Virus record (IMG/VR): IMGVR_UViG_3300010413_000041
Span: 1-55,141 of that record
DNA from: a virus
Lineage: Duplodnaviria; Caudoviricetes
Direction: 5' to 3' (one strand)
DNA: 55,141 nucleotides
The notes beneath the pieces are model-generated. The model was given only the letters and a program-made list of their open reading frames with translations. It was not told the origin of the DNA and made no database searches. Position 1 is the stretch's first letter, and the number at the start of each line of letters is the position of its first letter. Shown in pieces: positions 8,417-17,535 of the stretch. The position numbers were made by a program, and so were the translations under genes.

Positions 8417-9798
8417 CTAAAATACACTCCTGCAACCCTCGAATTATAAGCCAAAGCACCCGCAGCGATACTATCTGGGAGGTGTCCAGACCCATAAATA
8501 TCATCCACACTCGCCAATCTATGCTCATTCTCCATAAATTCAATATAGGGGCTCTCGATCTCCCCCCTCTCGATCCCCGCTATGTACTGAGATAACAGGT
8601 CGGATCTCCTTCTTCCCACCATCACTACGGGTTCAATGCCGGGGGATTGCAAATAACCATCCACGACATCCCCCAAACCCGTTCCATCATGTGATCCCGA
8701 TCCCCCATATCTCGCCACCCTCTTATCCAACTCTCCCACCATGACATCCCAAGGCATCCTCCCCATTCTCTTGAACGCCACCAACCTTATCGGATTTACA
8801 TCCACTCGAAAAGTGATAATAACTGTCCAGTCCTGCTTGCGAGCCCAATCCGCACCATGAGCATAATCCGCACCTTCCTCCGGTTCCTCGATCTCAATAT
8901 ACTCATTATTAGCCCCAACAAACTCCCCCAACCCTCTTCGGAACATCTTGCCAACCGCCCGACCATCGATCGCCCTGCTCTCTGGGGAGGGGTCTTGCAA
9001 TTCATACTCATTCAACCACATAGCCTTGGTTACTTCTGTTCTCTTCCTAGCAACCTCTTCCTTATCCAACCATCCTACCGGATCTGCCGAGGTTTCACGA
9101 TAACACCATTGGTATACCCCCCACCCCAATCCCTTGGCTCTCTTCAACACCTCAGTCATTGTTCCCGCAGCGTATTGGTGCGTTGATGACATAACCGTCT
9201 GGGAGCGGATATCCCCCTTCCCCATCGTCTGCCCCTGCGCCGCCTCCAAGATCCTTAAATCCATCTCGTCTATCTCATCCATTCTCAATCTCTGAGGGTG
9301 CGGACCTCTCACAGATGACATGGATGCCATCAAAGCCCGGATATTACAACCCCAACCTAATCTCGTCTCCCTCTTTATCGGGTCAGACGCCAATAAAAAC
9401 CTCGGAGCGTTGTCATAATTCCAAAATTCCTGCATGTAGGAGTGAACCCTCTCAGATTGCAAACCTGAGCCACCAAGTATGTTTACATCTGCCTTCAGTG
9501 TAACAGCTTCGGTTAAACCTAATAAAGCCAACAGATAACTCTTCCCCCCAAACCCTCGGGATGCCTTCCACACCGATACCGGATCTATCGCAAAATAAGC
9601 ATCCGAGAATGCACGCCACGGTGATACATGCCCCTCGCACACCTGTATATCCGGTATCCTGACACCCCAAGAGAGCCAGACAAACTCCCGGAGATCCTCT
9701 TCACTCTTAATCGGGAGCGAAAATCGATGCATCCTCGGTTCTGACAGAACACCAACATTAACTGCCGTGTTCGATAATGCTGATAAACCCAGACCCAT
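8413..9798 (-). CDS. terL: Terminase large subunit
   Basis: Walker A-like SRGFGGKS, RG, Walker B RMDEID, nuclease GADWA..D.TV, D.TGLGD, HLPD. Confidence 0.9.
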   Translation of the reverse strand: MGLGLSALSNTAVNVGVLSEPRMHRFSLPIKSEEDLREFVWLSWGVRIPDIQVCEGHVSPWRAFSDAYFAIDPVSVWKASRGFGGKSYLLALLGLTEAVTLKADVNILGGSGLQSERVHSYMQEFWNYDNAPRFLLASDPIKRETRLGWGCNIRALMASMSSVRGPHPQRLRMDEIDEMDLRILEAAQGQTMGKGDIRSQTVMSSTHQYAAGTMTEVLKRAKGLGWGVYQWCYRETSADPVGWLDKEEVARKRTEVTKAMWLNEYELQDPSPESRAIDGRAVGKMFRRGLGEFVGANNEYIEIEEPEEGADYAHGADWARKQDWTVIITFRVDVNPIRLVAFKRMGRMPWDVMVGELDKRVARYGGSGSHDGTGLGDVVDGYLQSPGIEPVVMVGRRRSDLLSQYIAGIERGEIESPYIEFMENEHRLASVDDIYGSGHLPDSIAAGALAYNSRVAGVYFR

Positions 9799-10291
9799 AT
9801 AACCGCTCTCCCTTGGAAGTCATATCAAACTTTGTCTCCGCATCCAACCCCAATATCTTCGTCCTCTTCTCGATGCACCATTGCACCCCTGCAAGATATC
9901 TCGGGTCGCCATCTCTACCGACCATCGTGGTTCTCCCCTTGGATATCAACCCATTATTCCCTTCTTCCAATCCACCACCCTTCTCAATAACCTCTTGCAT
10001 CTGAGTTTCGGTTGGTTGTTTCGATCTCTCCCATGCATCCCAATAGGTTCTCTCTAATTTATCGATCTTAGCCAACTCAATACTCTTCTTCTCATCGAAG
10101 TTCGAGATTGCATCCTGCATCCATTCCTTCTGCAACTGCTTGATGTCTCTACTAACAGTCGCAGGGGATATATTCAACACCTCCGCAATCTCCGATTGTA
10201 GACGCCCTTGAAGGTAGAGATCCGCAATTATTTTGCGATCCCGAGCCAACTGACCGTTTGACCTCCTCTTGCCCTTGTGTTTTTGCACCAT
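9758..10291 (-). CDS. terS: Terminase small subunit (N-terminal HTH)
   Basis: HTH QSEIAEVLNISPATVSRDI; R.KILGLD; directly upstream of TerL. Confidence 0.8.
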   Translation of the reverse strand: MVQKHKGKRRSNGQLARDRKIIADLYLQGRLQSEIAEVLNISPATVSRDIKQLQKEWMQDAISNFDEKKSIELAKIDKLERTYWDAWERSKQPTETQMQEVIEKGGGLEEGNNGLISKGRTTMVGRDGDPRYLAGVQWCIEKRTKILGLDAETKFDMTSKGERLYGSGFISIIEHGS

Positions 10292-10309
10292 ACTTTCACC
10301 TAAGCATTC

Positions 10310-10334
10310 ATTATAGGGTATCCATACCCTATAA
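10310..10334 (-). promoter_or_regulatory. Palindromic operator overlapping a TATAAT -10 box upstream of terS
   Basis: TTATAGGGTA-TCCA-TACCCTATAA; minus-strand TATAAT at 10315-10310. Confidence 0.55.
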
Positions 10335-10458
10335 ACACCTTATATTCTTATATCTACACGCAACAATTTATCTTCAAATAACGTACCAGTAATCACCATA
10401 TGATCCAATTCAGTTCAGATTATCTCAATTATAGTGCAATCTGCTCCATAATTGACCT

Positions 10459-11226
10459 TTAACACCCCTTGATAGGGATGGAAACATTGCTGTTCAAAAT
10501 GTTTTTTCCAGTTGCCGCCTTCCCACCCACAGTGCCGCCAATTCCTCTAAACACCGATCTTCCCCATTTATTAGCCATATAATCTGCGCCATTTAACTCC
10601 CAATCCAATGTCCTAATAACACTAAGCCCCCCTCTCTGTTTCTCCGCTGGTCTTCGGTAATGATACTTGTTTACCCTGAAAGTTCGGTGATATTTAGCAA
10701 TATTTTGTAACCAAAAATCATAGTCTTCCTTCCCGCCCGTATTCTCGTCATACCTCAATACCGGATTAAGATGACCACCAAAAGGACCTAAAATTGGAGC
10801 GAGTAGAGCAAACGGGGTCATAGTCCTATAAAACATACAATCAGTAGCTTGGTTGATGCCCCAGAGATGCACGCCGAGTTGATCTGCCATCTCGAAATAA
10901 TGGACAAAAAACAACTTCAAAAAACCTTCGTCACACCAAAAATGGTCACCCCTCTCCCAATAGCCGATCCCCGATATATCATCGTCTAGCATCAATATCC
11001 ATGGAGTTTCAGCATGGTTCAATATGGCGTTAGCCTTCTTCTGGAGAGTTCCATCTTCATCGTCTGGAATGGTTACAACTCTTCCCGGATAATGTTTTTC
11101 GTACTCATCCTTCTGTTTTTCTGGAACCCAGATCTCAGCAAAGGGGACTGTATTTGCCGTCAATACATTCCCAGCCCTTCCATATGACCTTATAGCGACC
11201 GTAATCCTCTCATCTATCCTATCCAT
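10459..11226 (-). CDS. GT-A glycosyltransferase, TET-associated (TAGT/GREB1-like) type
   Basis: I.SYGRA, MLDDD, KEDYD..LQ, GG motifs; adjacent to ParB-like gene and terminase. Confidence 0.7.
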   Translation of the reverse strand: MDRIDERITVAIRSYGRAGNVLTANTVPFAEIWVPEKQKDEYEKHYPGRVVTIPDDEDGTLQKKANAILNHAETPWILMLDDDISGIGYWERGDHFWCDEGFLKLFFVHYFEMADQLGVHLWGINQATDCMFYRTMTPFALLAPILGPFGGHLNPVLRYDENTGGKEDYDFWLQNIAKYHRTFRVNKYHYRRPAEKQRGGLSVIRTLDWELNGADYMANKWGRSVFRGIGGTVGGKAATGKNILNSNVSIPIKGC

Positions 11227-11353
11227 TATCCATCCTCAATCTCAACTGTCTCATCTTCCCACACCGATCGCAGACCATAACCCATTTATTAGCCCTGCGG
11301 ATTAAATGCTGTCTCCAATTATGCCCAAACAATAAACACCGGAAGGACACCAT
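11219..11353 (-). CDS. 44-aa zinc-binding protein (DUF1660-like)
   Basis: Hand translation MVSFRCLLFGHNW...VCDRCGK; below the ORF-track cutoff; couples to both neighbours. Confidence 0.6.
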   Translation of the reverse strand: MVSFRCLLFGHNWRQHLIRRANKWVMVCDRCGKMRQLRLRMDNG

Positions 11354-12039
11354 CACTCTTCCTCCTCTTGATCCAATCTGCCATCTACCAACAACTTCCC
11401 GTTTAGTACCCTTCCCATCCCCTTCTGTTTGAGAGTTTTCGTGCCAACTTGGGCAGTCAATACCGTCTCAACTCCAAACTTCTCACATGCCACCAACCAG
11501 TCAAACTCATTCTCAAAATAAAAAACCAAATAGTCCTGCCTCTCATATAACTCAGGACTTATCTTGATCTCCGGTTCGTCAGTAACCCCCGCCTCAACTC
11601 CTGATGTCTTAGCATGCTTTTTTAGCATGTCCATAATCGGCTTAGATTGAGTTTTTACCTTATCCATCAACTCTCGTAACTTCAATTTATCAACCCCAGC
11701 GAGCCCGGTAGACATATCGAAAACCGCCAACGCCAACGCCTCTTCTTCTTCCGTCAAGTCCACATAATCAACCGGAACGGGGGTATCATCTCCCTTCCTG
11801 AGAGCCAGCGTTGCTCTAAGATGACCATTGACCACAACCCCAGTGTTTTTATTGATTGTCACCCCATCTATCCATCCAATATCATTCAAACTATCAGCAA
11901 CAACTTCCTGTTGGAACCTCGGATGTATACGATAATTCGCAGGGTTCGCCAATAACTCGCTAGCCGGGATGACATCATGCCCAACTATTCTGTTCTCCCA
12001 ATCTGGATCTCCAACGCCCGGTAATTTACCGTCTATCAT
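11353..12039 (-). CDS. ParB/Srx-like N-terminal domain protein
   Basis: NPANYR.H, SL..IGW, VVNGHLR, VPV.YVDLTEEEE. Confidence 0.8.
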   Translation of the reverse strand: MIDGKLPGVGDPDWENRIVGHDVIPASELLANPANYRIHPRFQQEVVADSLNDIGWIDGVTINKNTGVVVNGHLRATLALRKGDDTPVPVDYVDLTEEEEALALAVFDMSTGLAGVDKLKLRELMDKVKTQSKPIMDMLKKHAKTSGVEAGVTDEPEIKISPELYERQDYLVFYFENEFDWLVACEKFGVETVLTAQVGTKTLKQKGMGRVLNGKLLVDGRLDQEEEE

Positions 12040-12058
12040 TTATTATCTCCTTCTCCCA

Positions 12059-12373
12059 TCAAGTAGTGGTATTCAACTCTTCAACATCAAAATAATCTTC
12101 CCCTCCGGTCTTCCCCGTACCCTCGGAAAACCATCGATAATAGTGCCTTCCCTCTTGAGTTACCTCGATGTCCATATAATAAGATCCCACAGCCGTTTTC
12201 TTCACTTCGACATCAACCCCATATTGGAATACGTGAAGCCCCCCGCTGGGTAACCTCCGATAACTACAAAATACACTCGTTGGGTCAGTAGCAACCCCAT
12301 CCTTATCTGTGAAGTCGCCATAAACCCGGACAATATCTCCAATATCATAAACGTTCGCTGCCATATCAATCAT
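12059..12373 (-). CDS. Ig/BppU-like small virion protein (possible fibre anchor)
   Basis: Y.IGD.V....F.D.DG...DP, G.YY.D, G..YYRW pattern. Confidence 0.55.
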   Translation of the reverse strand: MIDMAANVYDIGDIVRVYGDFTDKDGVATDPTSVFCSYRRLPSGGLHVFQYGVDVEVKKTAVGSYYMDIEVTQEGRHYYRWFSEGTGKTGGEDYFDVEELNTTT

Positions 12374-15104
12374 TCCTCAATCTGACATTATTTGCGGCAT
12401 TATCCCGCAGGGTGACAATCGTCAAAACCTCATTATTCAACACGACATTATATAACGCATAATCCCCGATATCCACATAGCCGGGGGATACCAACGCAGG
12501 AGCATCTACACTCAACTGCCGACCATTCAACACTACCAAAGCCAGACCCAACAAAGTTATCACAGATCCCACAGTCACATTGGATTGCAACCCTGCTATT
12601 GCGATCCCCCCCAGACCCAAATTAATGGTCGCATGACTGTAGACAACCAACTGTTGCCCGGTCGCTGATAAACTCCCCATCCCCATCGGTAGTGCGATCC
12701 CCCCCGGCGTTACAACCAACTGCCTTCCCGATGCGAGAAGAGATCCCAAACCAAGATCCAAACTGCGAGCCCCCGGGATGACATCCAACTGTAATCCACC
12801 CATCCCCAGAGATGCATAACCCAGATCTATCAATAAAACCGCACCAACAGAGAGCCTCAACCCAGAGATTGTTTGTGAAGCTACCCCTAACTCCACGCCT
12901 ACAGCCCCGGGAACAACACTAAGCGACTTTCCGGATGCTACTATACTTCCATACCCTAAATCGAGCGAAAATGCCCCAGGAACAATTGTGAGAGTTTGAC
13001 CGGAGATAGTTAGTGATCCATACCCCAGACCAACCCCAATCCCACCCGGTACAACATCCAATTGCAACCCTGATGCAGATAATTGACCATAACCCAAAAA
13101 CACCTCGGTTATCGCACCTATTGTTATCGGTTGCCCATCAATCGATAATCCCCCATAATTCAGACCAACTCCCACAGCTCCCGGCACCAACAATGCTTGC
13201 AATCCGGAAATGGACAATCCACCCAGACCCAACCCAATCCTCGTCTCCCTGTTTACAACCAACTGCCTACCGGATATGGATAGTGATCCCTGACCTAATA
13301 AGATCTCCGTTATAGCACCTACCGATAATTGCAACCCATTGATGCTAACCCCCCCATACCCCAACTCTACCGCAACCGCACCGACCACAACCGCAGCCTG
13401 TAACCCGCTAGCCGAGATCCCCCCGTAACCAAGTTCGATCGCCATCGATCCCGGAACAACATCTAATTGTTGACCAATAGAAGAGATCCCCCCATAACCT
13501 AACCCGATCCCGATTGCACCGGGAATAATAGATGATTGTTGACCATCAACCGATACTGCCCCATAACCAAGATTAATGTTGGTAGGCGCAATCCCCAGAT
13601 TATCAGCCTCAAAATCATCCCCATATGTATTAAGATTGTTCCACCCGGCAACTCCTGCATACCCAGCCGTTGTGATCCTATCTCCGGAGCTGTCATTATA
13701 TGTGCCGTTTGTACCGATGTCTGTGATTAATGACCCATTCCTGTAACAGGTCAATGATACTGTGGCACCTGTGCCAACTACAGCCAGCTTGAGCACATCC
13801 CCTCCCGATATTGTGCCTCCTGTTACACTATCCAATGTGCTCCAAGATCCAGCAACCACTCTCCCCAGATATATATCTGCAGTATCAGCATAAAGCGCAT
13901 AATATGTCGCAGCCCCACTCTGGCACCTCACCGCAGGACCAATGAACCCTCCCCCTGTCACAGCATCCAGCTTTAATTGAGCAAAATAATCCGCACTATC
14001 TGGTGCGACATCCGCTCTCACACAACTCTCGTTATTTGCGGCATTGCCCTTAACTACATTATCCCCAGAATTATCTACCACATAAATATTGGAATTAACA
14101 GCAACCCAGACACCCTGCCCACCTAATACCGCTGAAGCTGTATATGCCTCAAAATCATCCGAGTACGGCCACGGAACACCCGCATCTACACTCAACTGTT
14201 GCCCGGTAATTGACACAGCCCCAGAATTAAGATCTGTTCCCACTGCACCCGGGATGACATCTGACTGCAACCCTGTGACAGCAAGAGATCCCAACCCTAA
14301 ATCAACACTTGTGGTCGGAGGAGGGGCGCTGATATCAGCCTGTAGTCCGGTTACACTCGCAGATCCAACCCCCAATCCCACAGACACAGCACCGGGAACA
14401 ACATCCAATTGTTGACCTGTCGCAGACACAGCCCCATAACCAAGATTTACATTGATTGGAGCCGCACCCTTATCTACCGTTATCTGCGGTCTTTGGTTAT
14501 AGGCATTTAATGCGCCTCCCCCAGACTTCCGCAACTCGATCAGGATAACCTTTGCATCCGCCACATCCGCATCAATGAGGTAATAGCAAAATTCACATTC
14601 TGTGTACTGACCATTCATCTGTACGCCAGTTTCCACAGCCCCATCGTCATCCCATCTACCCGTTGTAAATGAGCCAGCATAACCTAATCTTGCTGTGGTG
14701 GCATCCTCATCCGTACACGTCCACCCAGAATTAAATGATCCAATCGATCTCACTATGCTGGAGGATGTTGTTACATGAAAATACGCTCCCCCATCATATG
14801 ACGCCCAGATCTCGAAATATTGAGTTTCCGTTTTATTCCCGGTCGTCTCTTCAACCACAACCCTGATACGTTTTCGATTATCCGTGCCAGTCTGTTGGGA
14901 TACAGGAGAATTATTGCCAGCTCCTTCCAGAGTACCAGAATTGGCGGCACCATCGTCGCTCACAAACCGATATGCTTGCTGGGCATAGCTATTCGATCCC
15001 CCACCGGATATAGGCGCAATCACCCTCCCCGTTTCTACGTTATACCACCATGAGCCAATCAGTATCCATCCGCTCTTGTGGGAACTTATTATCTTATCTC
15101 TCAT
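12366..15104 (-). CDS. Large repeat fibre protein with ~20 x ~23-aa repeats and inserted beta-sandwich/lectin-like domains
   Basis: Repeat consensus V.LG.G.LS.SG.QL.VVPG; 4 repeats, ~190-aa insert, then 16 repeats. Confidence 0.7.
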   Translation of the reverse strand: MRDKIISSHKSGWILIGSWWYNVETGRVIAPISGGGSNSYAQQAYRFVSDDGAANSGTLEGAGNNSPVSQQTGTDNRKRIRVVVEETTGNKTETQYFEIWASYDGGAYFHVTTSSSIVRSIGSFNSGWTCTDEDATTARLGYAGSFTTGRWDDDGAVETGVQMNGQYTECEFCYYLIDADVADAKVILIELRKSGGGALNAYNQRPQITVDKGAAPINVNLGYGAVSATGQQLDVVPGAVSVGLGVGSASVTGLQADISAPPPTTSVDLGLGSLAVTGLQSDVIPGAVGTDLNSGAVSITGQQLSVDAGVPWPYSDDFEAYTASAVLGGQGVWVAVNSNIYVVDNSGDNVVKGNAANNESCVRADVAPDSADYFAQLKLDAVTGGGFIGPAVRCQSGAATYYALYADTADIYLGRVVAGSWSTLDSVTGGTISGGDVLKLAVVGTGATVSLTCYRNGSLITDIGTNGTYNDSSGDRITTAGYAGVAGWNNLNTYGDDFEADNLGIAPTNINLGYGAVSVDGQQSSIIPGAIGIGLGYGGISSIGQQLDVVPGSMAIELGYGGISASGLQAAVVVGAVAVELGYGGVSINGLQLSVGAITEILLGQGSLSISGRQLVVNRETRIGLGLGGLSISGLQALLVPGAVGVGLNYGGLSIDGQPITIGAITEVFLGYGQLSASGLQLDVVPGGIGVGLGYGSLTISGQTLTIVPGAFSLDLGYGSIVASGKSLSVVPGAVGVELGVASQTISGLRLSVGAVLLIDLGYASLGMGGLQLDVIPGARSLDLGLGSLLASGRQLVVTPGGIALPMGMGSLSATGQQLVVYSHATINLGLGGIAIAGLQSNVTVGSVITLLGLALVVLNGRQLSVDAPALVSPGYVDIGDYALYNVVLNNEVLTIVTLRDNAANNVRLRND

Positions 15105-15454
15105 CTCTTCTCCCACCAAGCAAATCCGGACTTCCTGCCAACTTGGAGATCATCCAACACCCTCCTGCTGATCTCCTCATACTCATTATCACCGATCCAA
15201 GATCCAACCAACACCTTCTTTAGCCCGATCTCACGCATATAAGTCTGGTATCCAGCATAATCACAACAACGCCATTTTGCGATCCCATCCCTGACATCCC
15301 AGATAAAATAATCACTCCCAGACAGAGCAACCCAGACATGCTTGGGGTCTTCCTGCGCTATAAACTGCACTCCCACTACCGGAGCCTCAGCAACCCCAAC
15401 CCCATCTTCCCCTGTGTATATCGATCCATCCGCATAATAGATGCACCACCTCAT
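15101..15454 (-). CDS. Hypothetical protein
   Basis: MRWCIYYADGS start; coupled to fibre gene. Confidence 0.6.
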   Translation of the reverse strand: MRWCIYYADGSIYTGEDGVGVAEAPVVGVQFIAQEDPKHVWVALSGSDYFIWDVRDGIAKWRCCDYAGYQTYMREIGLKKVLVGSWIGDNEYEEISRRVLDDLQVGRKSGFAWWEKR

Positions 15455-15559
15455 ACTATCTATCCCCCAGACAACACAACCGGGAATGCAAATATCCCCC
15501 AATGCATTCCCAGTATTCATTTTGGATTTTAGGGAAGGACATTATCCCATCCCTCCCAA

Positions 15560-15997
15560 TTAACTTACCTGTAAGATCCCACCAGCATTAAAGTTCAGAC
15601 TGTAATCACCACCATTGCTATCTGTCTCAATAACAAAATGCACACACAGAGGCTTAGCCACCGGAGTTGTGATTGTGTCATCATAAATTATCGCATTATC
15701 AATCACCGCAGTCGCCAGACTGCTCCAAGTGACATTCCCCGCATCCCATTTTGCATAATCCCCTGTGTCATTCTGAGTAACAGTCAGCCCGGTTAGCGTT
15801 TCTCCTCCTGCGCTGTACCCGGCGGTTGGGGAGATCTCCTGCGCAGACACATTGGCATAACCATTATTCCCATCCGGAGAGAAGGAATAACCTGCCCCCA
15901 ATAGCATGATCTTAAATGTGTCTCCACTACAATCTATCGCTCCCAATAAAATCTGTTCTTTAAAATGGTTGTAAATTGATGCATCACCTTCAGCCAT
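15560..15997 (-). CDS. Small structural protein of fibre module (bead-subunit-like)
   Basis: Y..FK...G.ID...DTFK..L, GY.AGG..L, DA.NVTW, NGGD...FNA.G family commonly paired with repeat fibres. Confidence 0.65.
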   Translation of the reverse strand: MAEGDASIYNHFKEQILLGAIDCSGDTFKIMLLGAGYSFSPDGNNGYANVSAQEISPTAGYSAGGETLTGLTVTQNDTGDYAKWDAGNVTWSSLATAVIDNAIIYDDTITTPVAKPLCVHFVIETDSNGGDYSLNFNAGGILQVS

Positions 15998-16018
15998 ATT
16001 AACACCTTCCTTATCTAA

Positions 16019-16336
16019 TTATCTTGGCACGATCCCCTTTATTTTAGCAGGTTTTAAACCGATTGCAATAGCCTCGGGTTTCTCCAACCCCTTATCATCC
16101 CATCTGCGCTTTTTCAGTTCGGCACCAATCCTCTCTTGTTGCTCTTTATACCGATCTATAACGCCATGAGGGTCGCCCTGCTCCCTGACAAACCGGATCG
16201 TAGCTTTAACTAACTTCATTCTAAATATCAACTCATTTAGCCCCATCTCTGCCAGTTCCTTCTTCTTAGGACCTTCTTGCTCTATTCCAATCTCATCACT
16301 CATAGTTATTCCTCTACCATCTGTTATCTTCTTCAT
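16019..16336 (-). CDS. Hypothetical protein
   Basis: ORF in operon. Confidence 0.55.
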   Translation of the reverse strand: MKKITDGRGITMSDEIGIEQEGPKKKELAEMGLNELIFRMKLVKATIRFVREQGDPHGVIDRYKEQQERIGAELKKRRWDDKGLEKPEAIAIGLKPAKIKGIVPR

Positions 16337-17189
16337 AACCCAATATTATAAGCCAATCATCAGCCAACTTCTTAAAGATCTTCTTGTGTTGATCAGTAAA
16401 CTCCTCCTTCCAGCTCCCCACCTTCCCCCTGCGGAAACTGGATGATAAGTCAGTTCTCCCCATAATATCAACCGCATAATTGAAAGCATTATGGATGTTG
16501 CTCGTCAATAACATCTTAATCCCCGGCTCATCCTTAAGAGATCTATTGAGCACAAAATCAATTATCCCACTTGCAACCCCCTCCCTGTCTCCTATCATAT
16601 CTTCATACCTGACCGGATAAACCCAATCATTAAACACCCACTCGGCATATAACTCCCATCTCTCTATTATGCCAGCATACTTCCCAAGTCCGGTTATAAC
16701 CTTCTCGATCCTGTCTTCATGAGATCCCAGATCCATAAACTCAGCCTTCCCCGGATGCTTATATAAATTGTCATCGGGGTTCTCGATGTGGTAAACCTGT
16801 GACACCACCACATCCCGAAGATCCCGGTAGACGAATATCACCGCAGTTCCCATCTCTCGCAGAGCACTATCAATCTCAGGCTTATAACCAAGATGACCAT
16901 TCATCCACGTTCCCGGAGGTTGAGCCTTGATTATCCCTACCGTATAATCGACATCCACCCAATCCGTACTCCAACTATTATCATGGAACGTTCCCACCCA
17001 ATGTTGTGGGGTCTGTCTCTCGGCTAGATGCGAAGTGACCAATATAGCCAGATGAGTACCGCTCTTGGGAAATGAGTTTATCAATATCCGAGGGGTAATG
17101 GCAACGGGTTCTATCGCTCCCCCGTACATCTCCCTTACATTATCCATAAACTTCTTTGCCCCCGGTGAGATCCCATCTTTATCATTCAT
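16314..17189 (-). CDS. PAPS-dependent sulfotransferase domain protein
   Basis: 5'-PSB NSFPKSGTH, 3'-PB YRDLRDVVVS, RYEDM, FRRGKVGSWK. Confidence 0.88.
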   Translation of the reverse strand: MNDKDGISPGAKKFMDNVREMYGGAIEPVAITPRILINSFPKSGTHLAILVTSHLAERQTPQHWVGTFHDNSWSTDWVDVDYTVGIIKAQPPGTWMNGHLGYKPEIDSALREMGTAVIFVYRDLRDVVVSQVYHIENPDDNLYKHPGKAEFMDLGSHEDRIEKVITGLGKYAGIIERWELYAEWVFNDWVYPVRYEDMIGDREGVASGIIDFVLNRSLKDEPGIKMLLTSNIHNAFNYAVDIMGRTDLSSSFRRGKVGSWKEEFTDQHKKIFKKLADDWLIILGYEEDNRW

Positions 17190-17535
17190 CTTCCCTCCCC
17201 ATAGTCCTGTTCCGTAAATTCCATTGTTTGATTATGTCTTCTTTGCCCTTCCCCGGACATAACTTGTAAACCACCACATTCCTGTGGTTCACGATCTCAC
17301 TTCTCTTTGTCATGATCCCCTTGTGAACCATCGATGTCAAGAAATGGTAAAGTTTATTGCGATCCAACCCATATTGCTCAACCATCATTGGCACAGTTAC
17401 TTCGTTCTCCTCGAGCTTATATGGTTTCATTAACTCATACAACTCATTAGCAAGATCCATATCTGTTATCCCATCAACATCTATCTTCTCTTCCATATCT
17501 TCCCTCGGACTGCCCAATATCGGAATAACTCCCAC
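17182..17535 (-). CDS. Hypothetical winged-HTH-like protein
   Basis: TVPMMVEQYGLDRNKLYHFLTSMVHKG pattern. Confidence 0.45.
   Translation of the reverse strand: MGVIPILGSPREDMEEKIDVDGITDMDLANELYELMKPYKLEENEVTVPMMVEQYGLDRNKLYHFLTSMVHKGIMTKRSEIVNHRNVVVYKLCPGKGKEDIIKQWNLRNRTMGREDE

Noticed and set aside
9758-9798. TerS-TerL frameshift fusion
   Set aside because: TerL has its own SD-ATG and there is no proper slippery heptamer in the overlap.
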